A DNA stretch of 64,000 nt from positions 32,001 through 96,000 of the forward strand of contig CBDBPB010000007.1 in NCBI GenBank assembly GCA_965208615.1, in the 5' to 3' direction. Under the pieces are notes generated by a model. The model ran no database searches, was not told where the DNA came from, and saw only the letters and a program-made list of their open reading frames with translations. Source of the stretch: Spirochaetota bacterium. GTDB taxonomy: Bacteria > Spirochaetota > UBA6919 > CBDBPB01. Of the stretch, positions 28,572-38,880 are shown piece after piece. Within the stretch, counting starts at the first letter, position 1; every line of letters starts with the position of its first letter. The position numbers and the translations under genes were made by a program.

Positions 28572-30155
28572 TTAAAGTATTAGTTGGATGGCACCTATCA
28601 AAAAGCCTAATATAGCTCCAAAGATATTTATCCATTTTAAATGCTTTTTTATCATAGTTAGCATTATGTTCTCTACTTCTTCTAATGGGAATAGGTTTAC
28701 CTTTTGTTTAACAACTTGTTCTAAATTCATAGCCTTAACCAAATACTGTATGTCATTTTTTATGAGGGTTAAAACTCTTTTTGTAAGATAGGCTGATATA
28801 TTATCTTTATGGGAAGACGTTATATAAAATATTTTATTTAGATTAGTAAAGTTTGTTCGAAAAACTAAGTTATCAATTTTCTCTTCGATGAGATTAAAAA
28901 TACTATTCACTATTTTCTCTTTCTGTAAAGACTTTGCAATAAATCTACTAATATAATCACTGGCTAAGCCAATATCAATAGAGAGCTTATTTAATATATC
29001 ACTAATATTAAGACTTTCTATATGACTATACAACTTTAGTAGCTCAGTAGAAAAGGAAGTAATTATTTTTTCATTGTCAAAAGCTTTATGAATCATACTT
29101 TTTAACTTATCCCTAAACTCATCCTGTTCATCTATTATGTTTACTATCTCACCAATTTCTTTGTCCATAAGTTTATATGTTGAGCTAAAAATATGCTTTA
29201 TTATTTTATTTTGCATATCATCGGACTTTAAGCTGTCAAATAGCTGTTCAATGGTCTGTACAATGGCAGGAGGTAGGTCTTCATTAACCCTTTCTTCTAT
29301 ACCCCAAAGGTTTACCATAATTTTTTGTGCAAGGTTTAAATTATTTATATAGTCATCTACTGCCTTTTTGAGTGCTATGAATAGTTTTTCATCCATTTTG
29401 TAGTCGAATACCATATATTTTATGCTGTCAATTATACCAGGAAGTTCTTTTAATACAAGCTTATATACTAATTTAACTGCTATATCCGGTATAATACTAG
29501 CAAGTTTGGTTTTAGAGAGTTTAAGGTTTTCGAATTTGTCATCTACCCACTTATCGACTACAGAGCTTTTTGAAAGAGACTTACTAATAGCCGTAATAAG
29601 CTTATGTAAAAATGCCTTGACATCGCTTTTGCTGATAAGCTTTGATAACTGCTTATTGGATAAATCAGTAATAATTAGCTCTACAAAAGGTTTAATGGTA
29701 TTTTTAAGATCTTTTTTAAATACTAATTCTAGGAGGATTAGCCTAAGTTTATCTTTTACATTAGAATAGTTGGATGAAAACATATCCCTTAGCTCTACTG
29801 GTATTAGGCTATATAAACTAGAGCTATCTTTATTAAATAGATCATTAAGATTTTTGCTAATTAGCTTATAAATAGTGTTATAGGACTTATCCGATAGCAG
29901 TTGATTTTCTAGAGTTTCTTTGTTTAGGAGTATTTTACCAACAACCTTACCAATATTATTTGCCAGTTCATCTCTATGACGGGGTATTACACCTGGTGTA
30001 AATGGTATTCTAATGCCAAAGACCGTCCATTTTTTGTATGGCTTAAAAAGCATCTTAATAGCAAGAGAATTAGTAAGATAGCCAATGCTAGCGCCGATTA
30101 TAGGGGGTAAAATATAATTAATATAGGGTATATTACTAAATAATTCCATAAACAA
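28572..30155 (-). CDS. DUF445 family membrane protein
   Basis: IGYLTNSLAIKMLFKP..PFTPGVIP at the N-terminus and LKWINIFGAILGFLIG at the C-terminus. Confidence 0.88.
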   Translation of the reverse strand: MFMELFSNIPYINYILPPIIGASIGYLTNSLAIKMLFKPYKKWTVFGIRIPFTPGVIPRHRDELANNIGKVVGKILLNKETLENQLLSDKSYNTIYKLISKNLNDLFNKDSSSLYSLIPVELRDMFSSNYSNVKDKLRLILLELVFKKDLKNTIKPFVELIITDLSNKQLSKLISKSDVKAFLHKLITAISKSLSKSSVVDKWVDDKFENLKLSKTKLASIIPDIAVKLVYKLVLKELPGIIDSIKYMVFDYKMDEKLFIALKKAVDDYINNLNLAQKIMVNLWGIEERVNEDLPPAIVQTIEQLFDSLKSDDMQNKIIKHIFSSTYKLMDKEIGEIVNIIDEQDEFRDKLKSMIHKAFDNEKIITSFSTELLKLYSHIESLNISDILNKLSIDIGLASDYISRFIAKSLQKEKIVNSIFNLIEEKIDNLVFRTNFTNLNKIFYITSSHKDNISAYLTKRVLTLIKNDIQYLVKAMNLEQVVKQKVNLFPLEEVENIMLTMIKKHLKWINIFGAILGFLIGAIQLIL

Positions 30156-30483
30156 CCTGCTTTATATTATATAATCCTTAATAATAAATAGTTAGATAAT
30201 ATTTATTTGTTAATTTTGATATTAATAAGTTTAAGATAATAAAGTTTACATTATCAATATTGCATTTTAGTATTACTATTTTTTTTGTTAAACAGCTTAA
30301 CTCCTTTAATAATAACTTGATAAACGGATAACCTTTAAATTAACTATATTATTTTGTATATCCATTATATAATGTTTTAATTTATATTAAATTATCCGAT
30401 GTTTTTAAAACTTAATTTTAATAATATCTGCTCCGTGACTAAAAATATATACCTATATATAATTAGACGTGACTAGATAATAG

Positions 30484-32868
30484 ATGGAACTTATGTTTAG
30501 AAAATGGATTTTCTTTATTATTACTTTTTTGTTAATACTTGTAACTATAAGTATAATTACATTTAATCCTTATGATTCAAACTCCATTACTGATCAAGGT
30601 AATACACAAGTTGAGAACTACTTAGGTTTACCGGGCAGTTATATATCAACTATATTGTTTACTTTGTTTGGTAGATGGACATATTTCTTTATTTTGTTTT
30701 TTGTATTGCTATATTTCTCTTTATTTTTTAATATTCTGTCAAATAACAGGGTTAATAAGTTTATAGGCTTGTTTTTATTTGTTTTTGCAATTGCCTATTT
30801 TAATGTTATACTAACTAACGATGTTAGCTTTAGAGCTGGAGGTATTTTAGCTGGAGCATTACATCACTTTATTAAGGTTATTGGTGGTATAGTTGGGGAA
30901 TGGTTATTATTAATTATTTTAGTTTTACTATCCATATCCTTAATATTTGGCATTGATAAGAAGAATATGCTTTGTTATTTGGAAAAGACTATTCAATTTT
31001 TTAAGCGGAGTAGTATAGGTTTAGGTAATAAAGCTAATTTAGCTAATAAGCCACCTCTTATCCAGAAGGTAACTTCTCATAATGTAGAACATGAAAAGCA
31101 TACTGATAATGGGGTAACAATTAAGCATACCAGCTATAAAAAGGATTATGATGAGAGTTGCGATATAGAAGGGGATGGTTTATGCGTATTAGAAATAGAC
31201 AAGGATATAGAGGATAGCAAAAAAGACTTAATAGATAATAATGTAAATATAATGTTATCTGAAGGATATACAAAGAGTGATGGTTTTTATGGCGAAAAAG
31301 TGGATTATGATATTAGTGAATATGAGGTTATTACTGATCCTCTTAAAAGTATTAATAAACACTACATAGAGCATAGTAAAAGCAATAGCATAGATAAAAG
31401 TATTCTTTCTTTAGAAAGTGATAACTTAGAAACAGTGGATAAGCCTATTATAGCTAATACCGATGATCAGGCTAATAATAGTATACATTGTTCTTCGGAC
31501 TTAGAATATGATGAAAATAATACATCCCTTAAGCTAGAGAGAACTTTAAATGAATTTGGTGTTGATGCAAGGGTAGATAAGGTAACAAGGGGACCAGTTA
31601 TTACCCGTTATGAGATTATTATTCCTGCTGGTATAAAGGTTAGTAAGATAGTTGGTCTGCAGGATAATTTAGCATTATCTTTAGCGTCGTCCAAGATTAG
31701 GATAATTGCTCCTATTCCTGGTAAGTCGGCTGTTGGAGTTGAGGTTCCTAACAAGCATAGAAAGGTTGTTACCTTAGACGAACTAGTTAATACTGATGAA
31801 TATAGGAGTCAGCCTTATAGTCTGCCTATTATTTTGGGTAAGGGTATATCTGGTATACCTTTAATATTTGACTTATCCTCTATGCCTCATTTACTTATAG
31901 CTGGTTCTACGGGTTCTGGCAAGAGTGTTTTTGTTAATGTTCTTATTTCCAGTATTCTTTTGTCTAAGACGGCTAATGAGGTAAGATTTTTGATGATTGA
32001 TCCAAAGAGGGTTGAATTAAAGCTTTACGATGAAATACCACATCTTATTGCTCCTGTTATTACCGAGGCTAAAAAGGCGGTAGTAGCTTTGAAGTGGGCT
32101 GTTAATAACATGGAAGAGCGATATATACTTTTGGAGAAGTATAACTCTAGGGATATAAAAAGTTATAATAAAAAGTTGGCTGAGCTTAAGAAAAAACAAC
32201 CTAACTATGTTTTAGACCCTCCATTAGAATACTTGACAATTATAGTGGATGAGTTTGCAGACTTGATGATGGTGTGTGGTAAAGAGGTTGAAGGATATGT
32301 ATCCCGTTTAGCCGCTATGGCAAGGGCTGTTGGTATACATTTGGTATTAGCTACACAAAGGCCTTCGGTAGATGTTATTACTGGGTTGATTAAGGCTAAC
32401 TTCCCAGCTAGGATTGCTTTTCAGGTATCCAGTAAAACAGAGTCGAGGATAATACTTGATTGCAATGGTGCTGAAAAGCTTTTGGGAAAAGGAGACTTTT
32501 TATTTTCGGCTCCTGGAATAGGTGATAATAAAAGGATACAAGGGGTATTGCTTAAGGATGATGAAGTTTATGATATTACTTCCCGTTTAAAAAGTCAGGA
32601 AAAACCTAACTATATTCCGGAACTTTTAGCCATTGAGGATACTGAAAGCATTAATACATTTACTATTGCTGATGAGCCGTTATTCAGGGAGGCCGTAGAG
32701 ATTATTTTGGCTGATAGGAAGGTCTCTGCATCGTATTTACAAAGAAGGATGAGAATTGGCTATAATAGGGCAGCTAGGATTATAGAGCTTTTGGAGGAAG
32801 AGGGTATAGTTAGTAGTTCTAAGGGTTCAAGGCCAAGAGATATTTTAATTGAGAGCTATGAGTTTTAA
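30484..32868 (+). CDS. ftsK: DNA translocase FtsK
   Basis: N-terminal TMs, PHLLIAGSTGSGKS, ATQRPS and the gamma-domain motif RIGYNRAAR. Confidence 0.96.
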   Translation: MELMFRKWIFFIITFLLILVTISIITFNPYDSNSITDQGNTQVENYLGLPGSYISTILFTLFGRWTYFFILFFVLLYFSLFFNILSNNRVNKFIGLFLFVFAIAYFNVILTNDVSFRAGGILAGALHHFIKVIGGIVGEWLLLIILVLLSISLIFGIDKKNMLCYLEKTIQFFKRSSIGLGNKANLANKPPLIQKVTSHNVEHEKHTDNGVTIKHTSYKKDYDESCDIEGDGLCVLEIDKDIEDSKKDLIDNNVNIMLSEGYTKSDGFYGEKVDYDISEYEVITDPLKSINKHYIEHSKSNSIDKSILSLESDNLETVDKPIIANTDDQANNSIHCSSDLEYDENNTSLKLERTLNEFGVDARVDKVTRGPVITRYEIIIPAGIKVSKIVGLQDNLALSLASSKIRIIAPIPGKSAVGVEVPNKHRKVVTLDELVNTDEYRSQPYSLPIILGKGISGIPLIFDLSSMPHLLIAGSTGSGKSVFVNVLISSILLSKTANEVRFLMIDPKRVELKLYDEIPHLIAPVITEAKKAVVALKWAVNNMEERYILLEKYNSRDIKSYNKKLAELKKKQPNYVLDPPLEYLTIIVDEFADLMMVCGKEVEGYVSRLAAMARAVGIHLVLATQRPSVDVITGLIKANFPARIAFQVSSKTESRIILDCNGAEKLLGKGDFLFSAPGIGDNKRIQGVLLKDDEVYDITSRLKSQEKPNYIPELLAIEDTESINTFTIADEPLFREAVEIILADRKVSASYLQRRMRIGYNRAARIIELLEEEGIVSSSKGSRPRDILIESYEF

Positions 32869-32999
32869 ATTGCTTGTTTTAGTTATAAACTGTGTTATTG
32901 TATAATTGACTTGCCTTATTTAAACATATCATATAAATTTATCTTTACAGAAATTAAAAATATGCTTAACTTTATTTGAAAATATAATAGGGTATCTTT

Positions 33000-33701
33000 A
33001 TGGTTGTCAGGTTTATTGTCTTTTTATTAATTATTTTAAGTGTTGAGTTAGGTTATGGTCTCACAACTGATAGCCTTATTAAACGGATAAATAACTTTTT
33101 TAAAAATATTCACTCTTATAACGGAGACTTTGAACTTCATGATGGAAAAAGCCTATCAAAGGGCTATTTTATGTTTAAGCAACCTCATTTTTTTAAGATG
33201 GTTTTTGCTAAAAAGGGTTCTGACGAAGAAAAAGTAAAGAGAATTATTTCTAATGGTACAACTTTGTGGATATATTATCCTAAAAGTCCTTTTGGACAAA
33301 TTGTAATTGAGCAGGATTTAAAAAGTGCATTGGAATCTTCTATTACTATTCCAGCCAAGTCATTGGGAATTAGAAGGCTTATTAGAGATTATAACATTCA
33401 ATTTGAGAACAATAATGCTGATCTTAGGAGTGTGGATAAGTTAGCGGATAAAGTTTATATTCTTGAGTTAAATGGAAAGAATAAAAATTATGGCTTTAAA
33501 AAGCTTTTTTTTTATGTTAGACAGGATGGCTTTATCGTTAAAACCGTTGCTATGGCCTATGATAAAGGGAATAGAAAGTTTATTTTTATTAGAAAGAACG
33601 TAGTTTTAAATAATAAAATTGCCGATAAAGAGTTTACACGTAAAGTACCAAAGGATGCTAAGGTTATTAGAAATCCTTTTGTATCCGGAAGAGGCTACTA
33701 G
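33000..33701 (+). CDS. lolA: LolA-like outer-membrane lipoprotein carrier
   Basis: Signal peptide, G.F.FKQP and IISNGTTLWIY motifs. Usual position after ftsK. Confidence 0.75.
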   Translation: MVVRFIVFLLIILSVELGYGLTTDSLIKRINNFFKNIHSYNGDFELHDGKSLSKGYFMFKQPHFFKMVFAKKGSDEEKVKRIISNGTTLWIYYPKSPFGQIVIEQDLKSALESSITIPAKSLGIRRLIRDYNIQFENNNADLRSVDKLADKVYILELNGKNKNYGFKKLFFYVRQDGFIVKTVAMAYDKGNRKFIFIRKNVVLNNKIADKEFTRKVPKDAKVIRNPFVSGRGY

Positions 33702-33779
33702 TCATATTAATAAATAATGTGATAGGTTAGTTTAATAGAGTATTTAGAGGGGATAAAAAAATAATAGAGGGATACTCTA

Positions 33780-34118
33780 ATGGAACTAGTGGGAGATATA
33801 TTAAAATCTGAACGTAAAAAGAAAAATCTTAGTTTAAGTGATATTTCTAAAGAGACAAAAATATTAAAAAGACATCTTGAACAAATTGAAAATAATGACT
33901 TTACCAGCATAGGAGGACAAGTTTATACCGAAGGCTTTATTCGCCTATACGCTGCTGAATTGGATATTAATCCAAAAAAACTTATTGAATTATATCACAT
34001 TTATGGTTTACCAAAAATTGATGTCTTTATTGAAAAACAAAAAAAAACTTTTGAATGGAGATATTTACTCATTTTAATACAAATTATTATTGTTATATTG
34101 GTTTTACTGTATGAATAA
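33780..34118 (+). CDS. RodZ-like HTH protein (short form)
   Basis: GDILKSER..LSLSDIS.ETKI..HLEQIE..GFIRLYA followed by one C-terminal TM. Confidence 0.8.
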   Translation: MELVGDILKSERKKKNLSLSDISKETKILKRHLEQIENNDFTSIGGQVYTEGFIRLYAAELDINPKKLIELYHIYGLPKIDVFIEKQKKTFEWRYLLILIQIIIVILVLLYE

Positions 34119-35400
34119 GCTATATATAGAAACTTTAGGTTGTCCTAAGAACTGGGTGGATTCTGAACGTTTACTTGGTGGGTTAAAGAATATTACTATT
34201 ACATCTGATCCTAAAGAGGCAGAGACTATTATTGTAAATACTTGTAGTTTTATAAATAGTAGTAGGGTGGAGTCTATTGATAGTATTTTGGAGCTGGCTA
34301 AATTTAAAGAAACTGGACTTTGTAAAAAGTTTATTGTATCAGGATGTCTTGTAAGCTCCCATGAATCTGATTTGCGAAAAGAGTTATATGAAGTAGACTT
34401 TTTTCATAGTTCCAATAACTCTAAGGAGCTAATAGAGTTTTTAGATAATGATTCCTCCTTAGACAGAGATAATGAGCGACATTTTCTTAGAAGTAAAGGT
34501 AATAATTACTTAAAAATAGCAGAGGGATGTAATCATAACTGTACATTTTGTACTATTCCCCAGTTTAAGGGTAGGGTTTCTACTAGGAATAAGGATGAGC
34601 TTATTTCTGAGGTTGAAAAAATGGTATCTTCGGGCTTTGATGAGGTTACCTTGGTGGCTCAGGACCTTACCAGTTATGGAGTGGATACTGATGATCATAA
34701 TTTATGCTTATTATTACGTTCTTTGGTTAAGGTTAAGGGGCTTAAGTGGATTAGGTTGCTTTATTTGTATCCAACGTTGATAGATGATGAGCTTATTAAT
34801 ATAGTTAGCAATGAAGAGAAAATATGCAGATATTTTGATATACCATTGCAATATCTTGATGATAGAATTTTAAAGTCAATGGGAAGAACCGGGAATGTTA
34901 ATTTATATTGGGACTTAATTCAAAAAATTAGAGATAAAATTAAAGAAGTAGCTATTAGAACAACAATTATAGTTGGTTTTCCTGGAGAGAATGATGATAT
35001 TTTTAATTGTTTGATCAATGAGGTTAAACGATTTAGATTTGATTATTTAGGTGCATTTGAATATTCTCCTGAAGAGAGTACTAAGAGTTATTCATTGGCT
35101 AATCATGTTGATAGCAAGGTAAAGAGTTATAGACTTAATAAGCTTATGGAGAGTCAGGCTGGTGTATCTGCTAATCTTATTAAAAAGCGTATTGGTAAAA
35201 GTTATGAGGTCATTATTGAGGATGTTATTCCCAAAAAAGAAGATAATTTTAACTATTACATTGCCAGAAGTGAGTTTGAAGCCGCTGAGGTGGATGGTAA
35301 TATTGTTTTTAGTTCTGATATATCGCTTATACCTGGACAAAGGGTTAGGATTAGGGTTATAAGCTCATCCCAATATGATTTATATGGTATATTGTTATAG
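34111..35400 (+). CDS. rimO: Ribosomal protein S12 methylthiotransferase
   Basis: LGCPKN.VDSE, NTCSFI, CNHNCTFC, TRAM domain. Lies next to pgsA. Confidence 0.93.
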   Translation: MNKLYIETLGCPKNWVDSERLLGGLKNITITSDPKEAETIIVNTCSFINSSRVESIDSILELAKFKETGLCKKFIVSGCLVSSHESDLRKELYEVDFFHSSNNSKELIEFLDNDSSLDRDNERHFLRSKGNNYLKIAEGCNHNCTFCTIPQFKGRVSTRNKDELISEVEKMVSSGFDEVTLVAQDLTSYGVDTDDHNLCLLLRSLVKVKGLKWIRLLYLYPTLIDDELINIVSNEEKICRYFDIPLQYLDDRILKSMGRTGNVNLYWDLIQKIRDKIKEVAIRTTIIVGFPGENDDIFNCLINEVKRFRFDYLGAFEYSPEESTKSYSLANHVDSKVKSYRLNKLMESQAGVSANLIKKRIGKSYEVIIEDVIPKKEDNFNYYIARSEFEAAEVDGNIVFSSDISLIPGQRVRIRVISSSQYDLYGILL

Positions 35401-35431
35401 CTAAATAAATAATAAACTATGGTAGAGTTTC

Positions 35432-36079
35432 ATGACATGGGCTAATTGGGTAACAATTTTAAGAATAGTTTTAATTATACCTTTTTTATATCTTTTATAT
35501 TTAAAGAATCCCAATTTTTTTAACATTTCTGAATTTACTGCAAAGTTACTGGCATTTAGTATATTTGTTGTTGCATCTTTTACTGATTTCCTTGATGGAT
35601 GGTTAGCCAGGTATTGGAATGAGTCAACTAGCTTGGGTAAGTTTTTGGATCCTTTAGCTGATAAGTTTTTGGTTATTAGTGCGTTTATTGCTTTTGTTCA
35701 ACTGGAAGGTGGTCTTATTCCTTTTTGGATGGTACTGCTTATTGTTATGAGAGAAATTCTTATTACTACTTTACGGCTTACTGCTCTTTCAAAGACTACT
35801 GAGTTTGAGACTATGACCTTAGGAAAGGCTAAAACTACTTCTCAGATGGTTACTATTATAGTTATATTAGGTTTTTTAGTTTTGAGGGCATACTATTATC
35901 CTCAGGATAGCTATACACCTCCTGTTTCTCTTTATCAATTTCTTGATGCATACTTTGAGAGCTTTGGATATTTTATCAAACATACCCCTCTTGCCTTAAT
36001 GTTTATAACCACTGTTTTAACTGTATCTTCGGGCATACGCTATTTAATTAAAAACAGGCTAATTATTTTAGGTGATTAA
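35432..36079 (+). CDS. pgsA: CDP-diacylglycerol--glycerol-3-phosphate phosphatidyltransferase
   Basis: TDFLDGWLAR...GKFLDPLADK signature. Confidence 0.93.
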   Translation: MTWANWVTILRIVLIIPFLYLLYLKNPNFFNISEFTAKLLAFSIFVVASFTDFLDGWLARYWNESTSLGKFLDPLADKFLVISAFIAFVQLEGGLIPFWMVLLIVMREILITTLRLTALSKTTEFETMTLGKAKTTSQMVTIIVILGFLVLRAYYYPQDSYTPPVSLYQFLDAYFESFGYFIKHTPLALMFITTVLTVSSGIRYLIKNRLIILGD

Positions 36080-36575
36080 GGCAGAATTGAGAGTGGAATT
36101 AAACAGATTATTTTTGTTAATAGTTAAGTTCTTTGCTACAGGTGGATATATAGGTTTTATGCCCTATATGCCGGGTACTTTTGGCACATTACTTGGGGTT
36201 ATGCTATTTTTGTTTATATACTCAAGTTTTTTTTTATATGTATTGGTTAGTGTATTTTTAGTTTTATTTGGAATATGGATTAGTTCTGTTGCTGAAAGAG
36301 AGATCTTTAAGGTTAAGGATAGTCCAGAGATTGTTATTGATGAGGTTGTTGGTTTTCTTATTGCAATGGCCTTTATTGGCGATATTAACTTTTTTAGTGT
36401 TATTACCGGATTTATATTATTTAGGGCTTTTGATATTTTAAAACCTTATCCTATAAAACGTATTCAGAATATAGGGGGAGGGCTTGGGATCATGATAGAT
36501 GATATTATTGCTGGTATATATTCTAATATTTTATTGAGATTAGTTTTATTTATTGTTAGTTATCTTTTTAAATAG
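36072..36575 (+). CDS. pgpA: Phosphatidylglycerophosphatase A
   Basis: PGTFGT, IVIDEVVG, FRAFDILKP and GIMIDD motifs. Confidence 0.93.
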   Translation: MIKAELRVELNRLFLLIVKFFATGGYIGFMPYMPGTFGTLLGVMLFLFIYSSFFLYVLVSVFLVLFGIWISSVAEREIFKVKDSPEIVIDEVVGFLIAMAFIGDINFFSVITGFILFRAFDILKPYPIKRIQNIGGGLGIMIDDIIAGIYSNILLRLVLFIVSYLFK

Positions 36576-36585
36576 TTTAGTAGTT

Positions 36586-36900
36586 ATGAAGATCAATCGT
36601 GAACAGTTTATTGCTGTTATTAGTTTATATATATTGCTTATTAGTTTATATTTTACTTTAGGTGGCTCTAATATTTATATGCCTTATCGTAGGAGCTTGA
36701 AAAAACCTTTAGTGAAATGGATAGAGGTTGAAATATTGGGTGCAGTTAGACGCCCAGGTGTTTATAAGGTTATTAAGGGTAGTCGTTTTAGTGATCTGGT
36801 AAAGAGAGCCGGAGGTTTTAGTAAGAGTGCTAAGATACCTGTTAATAACAAGAATTATTATTTAAAGGCTGGGCAAAGTTATTATATAAAAAAGAAATAG
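36586..36900 (+). CDS. Membrane-anchored SLBB-domain protein (resembles the ComEA N-terminus)
   Basis: VEILGAVRRPGVY...R.SDLVKRAGG motif after an N-terminal TM. Confidence 0.75.
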   Translation: MKINREQFIAVISLYILLISLYFTLGGSNIYMPYRRSLKKPLVKWIEVEILGAVRRPGVYKVIKGSRFSDLVKRAGGFSKSAKIPVNNKNYYLKAGQSYYIKKK

Positions 36901-36943
36901 CTGTTAACACGTTTTAGAGTTGTTAAAATATTTGATACTTTTG

Positions 36944-36963
36944 TACTCTATTTAGATAGAGTA
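36944..36963. terminator. Possible terminator hairpin
   Basis: TACTCTAT-TTAG-ATAGAGTA downstream of the SLBB gene. Confidence 0.4.
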
Positions 36964-37023
36964 AATATACTGGTTTAGACTAATGATGAGGATAACATAG
37001 GTTTTTACTATGGGGTTTATATA

Positions 37024-38877
37024 ATGGATAAGTTAGAAGGCTTAAAAAAGAATACGACTGATGATTTTATCTCTGACATAAAGGATGTACCAGTTTTATC
37101 TTTTGATGAAGAGTTACTAAGTGACTTTGATGAACACTCTCTTTTAGGGGACTATGAAGAAGATTTAGATGAAAGTATTGTTTCAGATAAAATTGACTTA
37201 GCTTATGATAGGCTTGCTGAGGAAGAAATTGTTGATGAGGCTAAGGATGACTTTTCTTTAATTGATAATTATAATACTCATGATATGATTACATCGGATG
37301 ATGATTCTGTTGATAGTATAGTTAGTAGTATTGAAGAAGAGTTAAACATGGAGCTTGGTGTAGTAGTTGATGTAGTTACAGAAGAGCCTGATAGTAAAAA
37401 TGAAACTGAGGCACCTGCTATTTCTAATATAGCTTTAGAAAGCCATACTATTGAAGATATAGATAAAAAAGATGTTGGAGTAAAGGAAGATACTGGTGAT
37501 ATAATAATAGTAGAGGATGATACTGATGATATAGTAGAGGATGTATTTTCAAATTTTGTTTATTCTAAAGGGGTTAATAATATGGATACTGAAGATAATG
37601 AAATCAAATGGGTTAATGTGAGCTTAAGTGATGTTGTTGATAAGGAGTTGGATAGTGGTATAGTGGATGATGATATAGGCGTAGATATCGTTGATAAGGA
37701 GCTGGATAGTGGTATAGTGGATGATGATATAGGCGTAGATATTGTTGATAAGGAGTTGGATAGTGGTATAGTGGATGATGATATAGGCGTAGATATTGTT
37801 GATAAGGAGTTGGATAGTGGTATAGTGGATGATGATATAGGCGTAGATATCGTTGATAAGGAGTTGGATAGCGGTATAGTGGATGATGATATAGACGTGG
37901 ATATTGTTGATAAGGAGTTGGATAGTGGTACAGTGGATGATGATATAGACGTGGATATTGTTGATAAGGAGTTGGATAGTGGTACAGTGGATGATGATGT
38001 AAATGTGGATGTTGTTGATAATATAAAATCCTCTAAGGGCGACGGTTATATACCCGATGTAGTAGATAAAGAGGATAAAATAATGTTAGATGATGAAAGT
38101 GATATCCAAAAGTCGACTTTTAATAAAGAAAAAGATAAAGAGAGTAAAATGTATTCTGATGAGGTAAAGGCAGATAATAATATAAGTGAAGAGGCGTTAG
38201 AATATAGTTCATCGCAAGGGGATAGTAATGAGCCTCTAGTTAAAAATATAGTTATGGGTACTGTTGATGAAGATCTAAGTGAATCAGAGGTTAGCGATAC
38301 CGAAGATGAGGTTATTGTTTTAGAAGATGATATATTACTTTCTATTGATGAGTCTATATTAGAAGAGGTAGAAAAGACTTCAGTTACACCTATACAGGAA
38401 AATGATGATGTTCAACTAGAAGATGATACTGGTGTAGAGTCTGAGTTTTTAATTGATGAGCATCCTGAAGATGAGGAATATGATAAAGAGAGTGGTTTTG
38501 ATAATGTAATTGTTAATAAAGATGATGTCTCTGTGGATGAGGAAGTAACTAAAGCTGAAAAGCTATTAGAGGATAAAGTTTTAAGTGCTGCAAACGGTAT
38601 TGAGGTTGAAGAAGAAGAAGTTGTATCAATTAATGACATAGAAAAGACTGATAACATAGAAAAAGATGAATTAGATGTATATAGCAAAGGTCATGATAGA
38701 CTTGATGTTAAAGCTGATCGTTCAAATTTAATTGAGAACAAAAAAGAGGATATAAAGGAAGTCCTAAAGTATATAGATAGTCTTTTTGGAGACTTACCAA
38801 ATGAAAAAATAGAAGAATTTGCAAAGTCTAAGTATTATACTTTATATAACAAGTTGTTTAAAGACTTGGGGATTTAA
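37024..38877 (+). CDS. Highly acidic repeat protein with a helical C-terminal domain
   Basis: Asp/Glu-rich 617-aa ORF ending KEVLKYIDSLFGDLPNEKIEEFAKSKYYTLYNKLFKDLGI. Confidence 0.8.
   Translation: MDKLEGLKKNTTDDFISDIKDVPVLSFDEELLSDFDEHSLLGDYEEDLDESIVSDKIDLAYDRLAEEEIVDEAKDDFSLIDNYNTHDMITSDDDSVDSIVSSIEEELNMELGVVVDVVTEEPDSKNETEAPAISNIALESHTIEDIDKKDVGVKEDTGDIIIVEDDTDDIVEDVFSNFVYSKGVNNMDTEDNEIKWVNVSLSDVVDKELDSGIVDDDIGVDIVDKELDSGIVDDDIGVDIVDKELDSGIVDDDIGVDIVDKELDSGIVDDDIGVDIVDKELDSGIVDDDIDVDIVDKELDSGTVDDDIDVDIVDKELDSGTVDDDVNVDVVDNIKSSKGDGYIPDVVDKEDKIMLDDESDIQKSTFNKEKDKESKMYSDEVKADNNISEEALEYSSSQGDSNEPLVKNIVMGTVDEDLSESEVSDTEDEVIVLEDDILLSIDESILEEVEKTSVTPIQENDDVQLEDDTGVESEFLIDEHPEDEEYDKESGFDNVIVNKDDVSVDEEVTKAEKLLEDKVLSAANGIEVEEEEVVSINDIEKTDNIEKDELDVYSKGHDRLDVKADRSNLIENKKEDIKEVLKYIDSLFGDLPNEKIEEFAKSKYYTLYNKLFKDLGI
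37630..38007 (+). repeat. 54-bp tandem repeat x7 (DIVDKELDSGIVDDDIGV)
   Basis: Seven consecutive 18-aa units. Confidence 0.95.
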
Positions 38878-38880
38878 AAA

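Noticed and set aside
37630-38007. CRISPR array (also considered for the 69-bp and 21-bp repeats)
   Set aside because: The repeats are contiguous, in-frame coding units without unique spacers, and no cas genes are present.
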